From: Lentisphaerota bacterium
Lineage (GTDB): Bacteria > Verrucomicrobiota > Kiritimatiellia > UBA8416 > JABMPJ01
Length of the DNA stretch: 64,000 nt
Direction: 5' to 3'
Assembly: GCA_013203785.1 (NCBI GenBank)
Contig: JABMPJ010000110.1
Coordinates: forward strand, 3,344 to 67,343
The position numbers and the translations under genes were made by a program. This document shows positions 55,867-64,000 of the stretch, in pieces. Numbering within the stretch: position 1 is the first letter of the stretch; each line of letters begins with the position of its first letter. The notes under the pieces are model-generated. The model did no database searches. It saw only the letters and a program-made list of their open reading frames with translations, and was not told the origin of the DNA.

Positions 55867-57483
55867 TCATATACTGGGAGAAGCCCCGCTTCGGCGGGGC
55901 TTTTCTTTTGTCCGGCGCACTTCAGCCAGATTGCGCTGGGCCATGTCCAGTTCGGGGCGCAAGCGGACGGCCTCAGCGAAACAGCGTTCGGCCCCCACAG
56001 CGTCGCCCTGCTGAATACGAGCCACGCCGATATAGTTATAGGCAAGGGCGTAGTGACGGGCATCGCGGTAAAGCAGAGTCCCCTCTGCATTCGTCCCCCA
56101 CGCCGGAATGTCCCCGGCCTCTAACTCCTTGCAGTAGCTCAAACGTGCGACCACCGTCCTGCTGACGCTCTCGGCATCGGCCAAGCGTCCCTCTGTCAGT
56201 AGCGCGCTCGCCAGATTCAGACAGGCCCGGTGATTAGTGGGCCGCACCGCTACCACATTCTCCCACATCGACAAAGGCGATTGATAGACTCGGTTGCGCT
56301 GATGTGTTAGCCCCCCTTCCACCGCAACCAGAACCAGAACCACCACCACCGCTGCTCGCGTGCTTCGTTGCGACCGCATGGCGCCACGAAAAAGCCAATA
56401 GGAACCCAGTACGAACGCCCCGATCACAGCAGCCAGGGGGAGATACATACGATGCTCGAAGGCTGCATCTGGCACAGAGATCACACTCGAAGTGGGCGCC
56501 AGAATCGCGAAGAACCAGAGACCTATGAATGCGTGGGGGCGCCCACGCAGACATAAGAGTAGCGTCCACGCACCCAGAGCCACCAGGAGCGTGCCCGGCC
56601 CGATCACCGTTTGCCACGACGTCACAAGAGGCCAGCCGTAGTCAAAACAGAGATGGACCGGCAGCAGGCTTAGTTTGAGATAGTGCGGAATGACCTCCAT
56701 CTGGGTCAGGAGATACTGTAGCGGTGAGACCGCCAAGGTTACCCCCTGCCCCTCCACCGCCACCGCATCAAACATCTGTCGCGCCAGCAGGGCCGAGCAG
56801 ACCAGCGTCAGCCACAGCCCCATATGTACCCCCCAGCGCCGCCGCATCACCGCACTCGGAGAGGGCCCCACCACCCACAGATCGTAGAGCAGCACAACCA
56901 AGGGCGCCATCAACATGACCTCTTTGGTACCCGTGCCGAGTAGGCAGCACAGCACCGACAGGCCAAACCACACTCGTCCTCGACGTGCTCCATCCGCCTC
57001 TACTCCTCGAACGAAGGTATACATTGTGGCAAGAAAAGAGAGCCCCATCAGCGACTCGTAGCGTTGACAGATATAAGTGACACTCTCAGTCTGGAGTGGG
57101 TGTACCGACCACAACACTGCCACCGAGCCAGCCAGGAAGGGTGCATGTCGAGCCCACACCGCGCCTGACCGGGGCAAAAGCAGCGTTCGTCGCAGCCAAC
57201 CGAATAGCAGCAGCGCAGCTCCTATATGGATCAGCAGGTTGACCGCGTGGTAGTCAGCCACACGCAGTTCACCCACGGCATAGTTCAGCTTAAAGCTGAG
57301 GTTGACCAGCCATCGGCCCACCAGCACCACCGGCCACACGGTCCGCATGTCGGGATTCTGCACGATGATGAGGCCATCATCGAATAGAAAGGGGTTCCCA
57401 AATGCGTCAACATACGCCAGCACCGTTGCCGTCACGATGACCAGCGGCACCCAGAGACGCCATCTTATTCCATCTATATTCAT
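55867..57483 (-). CDS. TMTC-like GT-C membrane glycosyltransferase with C-terminal TPRs
   Basis: PFLFDD acidic motif after TM1, HAVNLLIH, HPLQTESVTYICQRYESL, KEVM, EHRMYLPLA and C-terminal TPRs. Confidence 0.75.
   Translation of the reverse strand: MNIDGIRWRLWVPLVIVTATVLAYVDAFGNPFLFDDGLIIVQNPDMRTVWPVVLVGRWLVNLSFKLNYAVGELRVADYHAVNLLIHIGAALLLFGWLRRTLLLPRSGAVWARHAPFLAGSVAVLWSVHPLQTESVTYICQRYESLMGLSFLATMYTFVRGVEADGARRGRVWFGLSVLCCLLGTGTKEVMLMAPLVVLLYDLWVVGPSPSAVMRRRWGVHMGLWLTLVCSALLARQMFDAVAVEGQGVTLAVSPLQYLLTQMEVIPHYLKLSLLPVHLCFDYGWPLVTSWQTVIGPGTLLVALGAWTLLLCLRGRPHAFIGLWFFAILAPTSSVISVPDAAFEHRMYLPLAAVIGAFVLGSYWLFRGAMRSQRSTRAAVVVVLVLVAVEGGLTHQRNRVYQSPLSMWENVVAVRPTNHRACLNLASALLTEGRLADAESVSRTVVARLSYCKELEAGDIPAWGTNAEGTLLYRDARHYALAYNYIGVARIQQGDAVGAERCFAEAVRLRPELDMAQRNLAEVRRTKEKPRRSGASPSI
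55881..55909 (+). terminator. Strong intrinsic terminator after pilA
   Basis: AAGCCCCGC-TTCG-GCGGGGCTT followed by a U-rich tract. Confidence 0.9.
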
Positions 57484-57520
57484 CGCGAGCTCCTAAGGAG
57501 GGACGGGAGGTTCATGTAGC

Positions 57521-59554
57521 ATGAATCGCACGCGGCCGGCAAGTGTCCCGTGCGCAATTCAGGCTTGCGGGAGCTACCAGCACGCGGCACAATGCGTTAT
57601 GAGCAACACAATTGAGAACCATCGTACTACGCTCTCACTTGCCATTCTGATGTCCATCGCACTCTCAGCACTTCCGTTGCAGGGCGAGGGATATCGAGAC
57701 TGGCTCAAGAAGGATGCCAGCGCGGCCAGCCGCTTCGATACCCCGAAGGCGGACGAACCAGAAACAGAGCCGCCTGTCGCCGCACCCGCCGATCGCCCGT
57801 CGGCAGAACCCCCTCGCCCTGTGGAGCCGCCAGAACAGCCGGCACACCCACAGCCACTATCGGACACACACGCAACCGCACCTGCGCAGGCCATGGCTTT
57901 GGCCCGCGATGGCAGCTCGCCACTACATCCCTTCGTCAAACGCGCGGTCTTGGGCCTGCACGAAGGCAAGGATGCCTCTGAGAGCAACTACGTCTGCGTC
58001 ATCAACAGTGGTATTAACGCCCTGATCCTGCGACTGCACCTGATCCGTAATGCCAAGGTCAGTATAGACGTGCAAACGTTCATCTACGACAACGATGAGG
58101 TCGGGCGCCTGCTGACCTACGAATTCATTCAGGCAGCCAAGCGAGGCGTGAAGGTCCGAATCATCGCCGACCACCTCGCTTCGGCACGTGACCGTGAGGC
58201 TATAGCCTTTCTCGCCACGGTACACCCTAATCTGCGAATCAAGCACTACCGACCCGTCGCGGGTCGCATGGAACCCTCTCAACTCCAGGAGACCATCGAC
58301 GGAATTATCCCGAACCGCACAAACCAACGCATGCATAACAAGCTCTTTTTGGTGGATGACATGATCGGCATTACGGGGGGGAGAAATATAGAGAATTGCT
58401 ACTACGATTTCAGCACCCAGACCAACTTCAAGGACCGCGATGTGATGCTGATCGGACCCGTCGCACTCGATATGAAAGTATCCTTTAACGCATTCTGGAA
58501 CTTCAAACACTCAGTCAGCAGCCGTGACCTCCCTGATGTGCGCTCGCTGATCAAGTCAGGCAAATACAGTCGGCCCGAGACCCTCGCTGACTTTCATATC
58601 GACAGTCGTTTCGACACCGTCAACCGCTTGGCCGATAGTCGTGAGTATATCCAAGAGGCCTTTGCCCACCGGCTCGTCAAACCACGCCGCGTCGTACTGC
58701 TGGCCGATAAACCCGGCAAGAACCGAAAGTTCTTCTTTTTCTCCGGTGGAGGACGCATTACCGAGCAACTGGCAGAGACCCTCCAACTGGCCGAGGAGAG
58801 TCTCGTTATCCAGTCACCTTATCTCGTTCTCGACCGCAAGGCACGTAAGCTCCTGCGTTCACTCAAGAAAAAGCACGACGGACTACGGATTATACTGTCG
58901 TCCAACAGTTTTTCTGCAACAGACAGCGTCATCGCCTATTCCGCCAATTACCGTATGCGCTCCTCTTATATCGAGGATGTTGGTGTTGAAGTATACGAAT
59001 ACAAGCCCCACCCAGAAGACCTTCTGCACGTCCTACCCTCCTTTCCCGAGCTGGAGGCGCGCGCACAGGAGGAGGGCAAGGAGAAGCGACCACACCTCTG
59101 CATCCATGCCAAATCACTCGTAATCGATGATCGTCACACCTTTATTGGCTCCTACAATCTTGATCCACGTTCAGCCAACCTAAACACCGAATTGGGACTC
59201 CTGATTGACGACCCCGTGGTCGCGACCTGGGTCAAGAACGACATTCTCCGCGACTGTCTGCCGCGCAATAGCTGGGTGATTGCCAAGCGTCGTATGCCCC
59301 TCAACCTGGACGATGTCAACCGGCTCGTTGAGGGCACGCTGCGGCACACCCCTCTCGATATCTGGCCTATTCGTAATACCACGAGCTTCGATCTCATACC
59401 CAATCGACCTGCTGTACCGCCTTTCCACCCCGACTTCTACGACTGTTATCGTGAGACCGGTGACTTTCCGGGTGCCTCCAAGGACCTTAGCGGCAAGGAG
59501 ATCATCACGCGCATCCTCAAAGTCATCAGCAGCCCCGCCCAGGGACTGTTCTGA
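57521..59554 (+). CDS. Phospholipase D family protein (ClsC/YmdC-like) with a signal/anchor and Pro-rich linker; true start may be 57599
   Basis: Two HKD motifs (MHNKLFLVD, IHAKSLVID), GGRNI, GSYNLDPRSANLNTELG and SIDVQTFI. Confidence 0.9.
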   Translation: MNRTRPASVPCAIQACGSYQHAAQCVMSNTIENHRTTLSLAILMSIALSALPLQGEGYRDWLKKDASAASRFDTPKADEPETEPPVAAPADRPSAEPPRPVEPPEQPAHPQPLSDTHATAPAQAMALARDGSSPLHPFVKRAVLGLHEGKDASESNYVCVINSGINALILRLHLIRNAKVSIDVQTFIYDNDEVGRLLTYEFIQAAKRGVKVRIIADHLASARDREAIAFLATVHPNLRIKHYRPVAGRMEPSQLQETIDGIIPNRTNQRMHNKLFLVDDMIGITGGRNIENCYYDFSTQTNFKDRDVMLIGPVALDMKVSFNAFWNFKHSVSSRDLPDVRSLIKSGKYSRPETLADFHIDSRFDTVNRLADSREYIQEAFAHRLVKPRRVVLLADKPGKNRKFFFFSGGGRITEQLAETLQLAEESLVIQSPYLVLDRKARKLLRSLKKKHDGLRIILSSNSFSATDSVIAYSANYRMRSSYIEDVGVEVYEYKPHPEDLLHVLPSFPELEARAQEEGKEKRPHLCIHAKSLVIDDRHTFIGSYNLDPRSANLNTELGLLIDDPVVATWVKNDILRDCLPRNSWVIAKRRMPLNLDDVNRLVEGTLRHTPLDIWPIRNTTSFDLIPNRPAVPPFHPDFYDCYRETGDFPGASKDLSGKEIITRILKVISSPAQGLF

Positions 59555-59579
59555 CAGGGCTCGCCCCTCCCCTTGACTT

Positions 59580-60788
59580 ATGTACACAACGGGGCGATCA
59601 TTTCGCCCCATGGAGAAGCTACCCCCAACCGACGAGGCTAATCGGCGGCGCAACCGCCTGATCGTAGTTGCCGTGATCTGCTTCCTGGCCCTGCTGCCCT
59701 CCCTCTTGGCTTGGCTGGTCAATCTTGACATAGCACTTCAGGTTGTGGCTCCCGCATGGCAGAGCTTGGTCGGCGAAAACCCAGCGGGTTTACTTGGAGC
59801 GCTCGCCTCGCTGGCAGGGGACTACAGCACCATTTCCACTCTGGTGCCCGTGCTACTCTTCGCCTTCCCTATGATTCAGGCATTCCGTATTTTACGTCGC
59901 CCTTGCGACGACCGCGCCTCGATCCATGCCATGCGGGCCCTGCCCTACCCCGCTCACTTCCCCTTCTTCCTGGTTATGCTTGGCCTCACCGGTACGCTCT
60001 ACGGTCTCTGGATCGGCCTGAGCGTCAGTGGCGTTTCCGGCGTGGCCAAAGGGGTCCCCTCTGCGGAAGATCTGCCCGTTGTTCTGGAGCGTCTGCTGGA
60101 CGGCACCGCCACGGCACTGCTTAGCTCGTTGCTCGGCCTAATCGGTGCTTTCTTGGCCGCCAAGCCTTTTCCTTTTCTCTTTGAGCAGGCCGCCTGCCTC
60201 GACCCGATTGAGGAGGAACGCTCGCTGGCAGAAACAATCGACCACCTTACACGCGATCTTAAGGCCCTTAGCGCTGCGAGCCGTGAGTTCAGTACCACCC
60301 TACATCCCGCGGCCGTCACAGGTGTCCTCGAGGCGATCGCATCCATGGAGACCGCCGTCACCCGCCAGACCGAAGCCACAGAGGGATCGCGCGGCGCTAT
60401 CGAGGCAGTCGAAGCAGCCGTTAGCAACCAAAGCGAGACGAGCCAACAGACACTGCAGACCATGCAACGCATCGAAGTTGCGGAGCGTGAGAGTGCGGTG
60501 TGCCTCCAAAAGATCGACGGCATCGCAACGGTCGTCAGTAACACGGCGCGGTGCATTGACCAGATGGGCGTACTATGCGAAAAATTGATAGACACGGAGC
60601 TTGGCATGGCCGACACGCTCAACCGCCTCTTAGGTGAAATGCAAGCTGAACGCCGGGAATCAGCGGTACATCTCACCGCCCTGCGCGGCACCATTGAGAG
60701 TGAAGCCACCGACGCGCGCAGTGAGCGTACGCGACTTCGCAAAGCGTTCGCCGCCTACGTGGGAGGCTTGGCCCGTGGCGACGACTGA
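59580..60788 (+). CDS. MotA/TolQ/ExbB/ZorA-like ion-channel subunit with a long helical cytoplasmic tail; true start may be 59610
   Basis: TM hairpin FPFFLVMLGLTGTLYGLWIGL ... LLDGTATALLSSLLGLIGA matches the stator-family signature and is followed by about 190 aa of heptad-like helix. Confidence 0.7.
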   Translation: MYTTGRSFRPMEKLPPTDEANRRRNRLIVVAVICFLALLPSLLAWLVNLDIALQVVAPAWQSLVGENPAGLLGALASLAGDYSTISTLVPVLLFAFPMIQAFRILRRPCDDRASIHAMRALPYPAHFPFFLVMLGLTGTLYGLWIGLSVSGVSGVAKGVPSAEDLPVVLERLLDGTATALLSSLLGLIGAFLAAKPFPFLFEQAACLDPIEEERSLAETIDHLTRDLKALSAASREFSTTLHPAAVTGVLEAIASMETAVTRQTEATEGSRGAIEAVEAAVSNQSETSQQTLQTMQRIEVAERESAVCLQKIDGIATVVSNTARCIDQMGVLCEKLIDTELGMADTLNRLLGEMQAERRESAVHLTALRGTIESEATDARSERTRLRKAFAAYVGGLARGDD

Positions 60789-61515
60789 CTATAATGCTGC
60801 ACACGCCGCCCGCCAGATCGACGCACTGGTCAACCGTTCCCAGACGCGCCTCTACACGCACAGTCCCAACGATGTTTTGGTGCAGATTGCCCTGCCCCTT
60901 ATCCTCATCCTCGCCATTACCACTCGCCTGACCATGGTGGCGTCCAACATGAACGCTCAAAAGGACATGGTACCGGCCGTGATGGAACTATGGAAACAGG
61001 AGCTCATCATGCGCATCGACCGCGCGCTGGATGCATGGGAGGCCGAGGCGAACCTGGCCATGTTTCCCGACTTCACTCGAATCCAGTGGGCCGACGCCTG
61101 GCCCAGCGACGAGCGCTACCAGCAGCTCTGCCGCAAGGCCCAGGAGCTGAACGATCCTCATGCCCTACAGGAATATATCCTCGCAACGGCCTTGGCCAGC
61201 CAGGAAGTGGAGAGTGCGGCCGCCTTGAACGCCATGGCCCCCGGCCAGGATCTCGCCTTACACCCCGGCAGCCCGGAGGCGGCCTATGCCGAGGCATATA
61301 TTGCCCAGCGTCGCGCCCAGTGGCAGGAGAGCATTGAGCGACTTCAATGGGAAACCGTCGGTCATGTGGCCATCCATCTCCCCGTGGGTCCCGACGCGGG
61401 CGCCGCCGATGCCAAGGCCCAGCTGCAGCGCATAGCGGTCGGATTGCAGCAACAGGGTTACCCCCTGATGGCGGCGGTGCGGGGCGAATACGGTACCGAG
61501 GAAGAAACACCATGA
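60775..61515 (+). CDS. MotB/ExbD/ZorB-like single-TM subunit (start GTG 60775)
   Basis: GGGAGG RBS; overlaps the upstream stop by 14 nt; single TM SPN-D33-VLVQIALPLILILAI with Asp at the TM start; helical C-terminal part with no recognisable OmpA motif. Confidence 0.55.
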   Translation: MATTDYNAAHAARQIDALVNRSQTRLYTHSPNDVLVQIALPLILILAITTRLTMVASNMNAQKDMVPAVMELWKQELIMRIDRALDAWEAEANLAMFPDFTRIQWADAWPSDERYQQLCRKAQELNDPHALQEYILATALASQEVESAAALNAMAPGQDLALHPGSPEAAYAEAYIAQRRAQWQESIERLQWETVGHVAIHLPVGPDAGAADAKAQLQRIAVGLQQQGYPLMAAVRGEYGTEEETP

Positions 61516-63800
61516 GAACGGTTTGGCTGCTCCTTCTGCTTATGGCACCACTCGTCCGAGCCGACGAGAGCGCCCTCTCCGCACGTGATCGCGCCAAGCG
61601 GCAGCTCGCCGTGCGCGCCGCCGCCCAGAAAATTGTCGATACCCTCCAGAGTGGCGTCGACGTCAGCGAAAGCGAAGCGCGCCGCCTTAGCGCGGTCCTC
61701 GGAGCAACGATGCGGGCCGACGTCCATGCACATGCCGCGCCGGAAGCCAGCCTCACCCTCTGCCGCACCCTCCTGGATGACGAGCGCCGTCAGGCCATCA
61801 ACCAATGGGTCGACGACGCCATCAGCCGCGCGCGCGAGCAGACCGCTCTACCGCTCGAGAGGGACGACATTCTGCGACACGTGGGCAGCGACTGGGCAGA
61901 GCGGGTGGCCGAAGATGCCAAGCGTTTTGCCGACAAGCACCTCACCACGCTCTTCGGCCTGGCCCGCCAGCAGAGCGTGGCCCTGCAGCGCGACGAGCTA
62001 AAGGATCGCATCACAATGCCATCCGAAGCCGACCTCAACGCCCGGCTCACCGTCTTGGACGAGAGTTTGGGCCATCACCCCCCTACCCCTAGTGATCTGG
62101 ATGGCCTCACGGCGTGGCTGGCTTCCTTAGCAAGCCCGGCCTCGCAGCCACTCTTTGAGGAGGTGGCGCACAGCACGCGTGAAGCGGCCGACCAGATAAC
62201 CCAGCGCGTTAAGTTGCAGTACCAGCAACAGCTGACCGCCCTTGGCAAAGCGGCCACAGCACTCCCGCCAACGGCGATTGAGGCCGACAGTATTCGCGCG
62301 GCCCTGATGCAAGCGACCCACACGGCGATCCAAGCCTTCCGGGTTGAGGAACGGCGCAACCGTCCCGCGTCACGCACCACGATCTATGGGCCCCTGACTC
62401 TCATCGCGCGTGAAGCCACCCGCCAGGCCGGTGCCCTCCAGGAAGAACGACTGGTCGCCGCCATTCAGGAGCAGGGCGACCTGCCGATTGAGGCCGATGC
62501 CATTGAGAGCGTCCTGCGCTCTGACCTGAAAGCCCACCGCGATCCCAAGCAGAGTCGCAGCCTCCTCATCACCCGCTACGCCACCGAGCTACGCCCTCTC
62601 CTGACCACCCGCCTGGCCACCTTAGCCGCCCGCCCGGACGACTCGGCCTTCCGAAGCCGACTGGACGCCCTGATCACCGGGAACAAGCGCATCTCCCTCG
62701 CCGTCGACCAACAGGTGGCTAAGACCCTCACGCCTCTACTCGCATCGGCCCGTCGTAAGGTCGCCCAAAGCCAGCTAGCGCTCCTGTTCAGACAGGACCC
62801 CACAACCATTGAGGCTCTCACCCCCGACGCCGTCCAAGCGGTTTGGACCACCAGCCGCTGCGAGGTAGTCCAACACTATAGTGAGGCATGGGAGTCGCTT
62901 GTGGCGGCGGGTCTACTCCCTGACCCCCAGGCGTCGGACATTCTGATCGAGGAGGCCCGCAGCGAAACCATCGCCACGGCCAACCGCCTCATTCCGGTGG
63001 CCTGTCGCTCCATGCGCGAGCAGGCCAACCACCTGGCGACGCTTGAACAGGAGTGGACCGCCTCACTCCGCAAGGATGTCGCGTCGGGGCGCTCCCTCGA
63101 GAAGATTACGACCGACTGGACCCATGAACTGGATCGCCGCTGGCGCACCCATGCCGAGATGCAAAAGCTGCCCTACCCCGATCTCTTTGCCCTAACCCTA
63201 GAGCTACTCGACAAGACGGTTCGCAAGCTTTTCGAGACACGCCAAGCCGAAATGACCGAGGAAACCGCTGCAGTCGAGACGCCTGCCGAGGCGGCACCCG
63301 AAGAGGAGGAGCTCATTGAAGAGCCCCCGCCTCCGCCTGAGGAGACGCCCGAGGAGTCGACCAACATGGCCATTGAGGAACTCCTTGAAACGCTCGACTT
63401 CGTGCTCTACTTCCGCGATGACCGCAACGGCCGCAGCGAAGCACTCCTGCTCAACGGCGAGGGCAGCCCGACCCGCCTGCTGTTCGATCCTGGCGATGTC
63501 CAGGCTGCCGTCGAAGCCGTTTACGCAGCCGTTATACCGGCCATCGAGCGCGCCACGCGGGGCAAAGCCAAGGCCGCGCCGGAACGCAAAGGCCTCCTGG
63601 CGTTCTTCCAGAAGCCCCGCTCGATCGAGATGAAGGTGGCCGTCCTGGTAGGCAGTGAGGATGTGCGTCACATGATGAGCATTCTGCTACGCAACCGGGT
63701 CGAACTTTTCGTGGCCGACTGGAATGCGAACCCCTCCAACACCCCCCTCGAACTGGAGTGGGAGGACAATCTGGAAGTGGCACCCGGAAGCGGCGGGTGA
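61512..63800 (+). CDS. Large secreted alpha-helical protein of unknown function, 762 aa (start ATG 61512)
   Basis: ATGA overlap with the previous stop; signal peptide MRTVWLLLLLMAPLVRA|D; about 580 aa helical body, Glu/Pro linker and small C-terminal alpha/beta domain. Confidence 0.75.
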   Translation: MRTVWLLLLLMAPLVRADESALSARDRAKRQLAVRAAAQKIVDTLQSGVDVSESEARRLSAVLGATMRADVHAHAAPEASLTLCRTLLDDERRQAINQWVDDAISRAREQTALPLERDDILRHVGSDWAERVAEDAKRFADKHLTTLFGLARQQSVALQRDELKDRITMPSEADLNARLTVLDESLGHHPPTPSDLDGLTAWLASLASPASQPLFEEVAHSTREAADQITQRVKLQYQQQLTALGKAATALPPTAIEADSIRAALMQATHTAIQAFRVEERRNRPASRTTIYGPLTLIAREATRQAGALQEERLVAAIQEQGDLPIEADAIESVLRSDLKAHRDPKQSRSLLITRYATELRPLLTTRLATLAARPDDSAFRSRLDALITGNKRISLAVDQQVAKTLTPLLASARRKVAQSQLALLFRQDPTTIEALTPDAVQAVWTTSRCEVVQHYSEAWESLVAAGLLPDPQASDILIEEARSETIATANRLIPVACRSMREQANHLATLEQEWTASLRKDVASGRSLEKITTDWTHELDRRWRTHAEMQKLPYPDLFALTLELLDKTVRKLFETRQAEMTEETAAVETPAEAAPEEEELIEEPPPPPEETPEESTNMAIEELLETLDFVLYFRDDRNGRSEALLLNGEGSPTRLLFDPGDVQAAVEAVYAAVIPAIERATRGKAKAAPERKGLLAFFQKPRSIEMKVAVLVGSEDVRHMMSILLRNRVELFVADWNANPSNTPLELEWEDNLEVAPGSGG

Positions 63801-63811
63801 GAGGAGGAAGC

Positions 63812-64000
63812 ATGCCGTTACCTGTCCCCACAACTGTGGATGCGATTGATTGGGCGCAGTGGTCTCCGACCGAGGATGCCACGCTACTTTTCGTGATCAA
63901 CGACAGCTCCATTCTGCTGATTCACAAACTGCGCGGGCTGGGTAAGGGTAAGATCAACGGACCGGGCGGCCGCACCGAGCCGGGCGAGACGGCCCACCAC
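63812..64000 (+). CDS. NUDIX hydrolase (MutT/MTH1-like 8-oxo-dGTPase), partial at the right edge
   Basis: GAGGAGG RBS; manual translation ...ILLIHKLRGLGKGKINGPGGRTEPGET, the start of the Nudix box. Confidence 0.85.
   Translation, partial: MPLPVPTTVDAIDWAQWSPTEDATLLFVINDSSILLIHKLRGLGKGKINGPGGRTEPGETAHH

Noticed and set aside
59580-63800. Calling the A/B pair a canonical Zorya system
   Set aside because: No zorC/D/E/F/G-like gene is adjacent, B lacks an OmpA-like domain, and the Snf2 ATPase is about 33 kb away on the other strand
1-64000. tRNA, rRNA, tmRNA, riboswitch, transposase or prophage genes
   Set aside because: No T-arm/cloverleaf, rRNA-like stretch, riboswitch consensus, DDE/integrase motif or phage structural gene was recognised by eye; a tRNAscan/Infernal run would be needed to exclude them formally

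Overview
GC-rich (roughly 60% by eye) bacterial chromosomal window, most likely from a PVC-superphylum organism (Kiritimatiellota/Lentisphaerae-like). That placement is inferred from protein style only. Left arm: housekeeping genes on the minus strand (ispD, metallophosphoesterase, ferredoxin, radical SAM, secA, lnt, prfB with its programmed +1 frameshift, and a partial GH29 fucosidase missing from the ORF track), then an M42 peptidase and addB-addA. Each junction around addB/addA carries a different heptamer-repeat element, and a REPIN lies between secA and lnt. An accessory block at about 16.7-26.8 kb holds an AraC/PhyH/URO-D-like module, a solo nucleotidyltransferase, a decayed toxin-antitoxin cluster (frameshifted ParE, intact antitoxin, HicB relic) and a Snf2 ATPase paired with an XPB-associated-domain-like protein. 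The middle has envelope and metabolic genes (ugd, rpsU, Rmd-like epimerase, MurC-like ligase, TauE, amtB-glnK, divergent lpxC, dut, orphan PAS kinase, ahpC). The right arm has a sigma54-controlled type IV pilus locus (ABC/TPR accessory genes, ExeA/B-like, stand-alone MshEN-like protein, pilB, pilC, pilR, pilA, TMTC-like glycosyltransferase). The best candidate for an undescribed system is the coupled three-gene unit at 59.6-63.8 kb: a MotA/ZorA-like subunit with a long tail, a MotB/ZorB-like single-TM subunit with Asp33 but no OmpA-type domain, and a large secreted helical protein. No rRNA, tRNA, CRISPR array or transposase was recognised. All family assignments come from motif recognition by eye; no database search was run.
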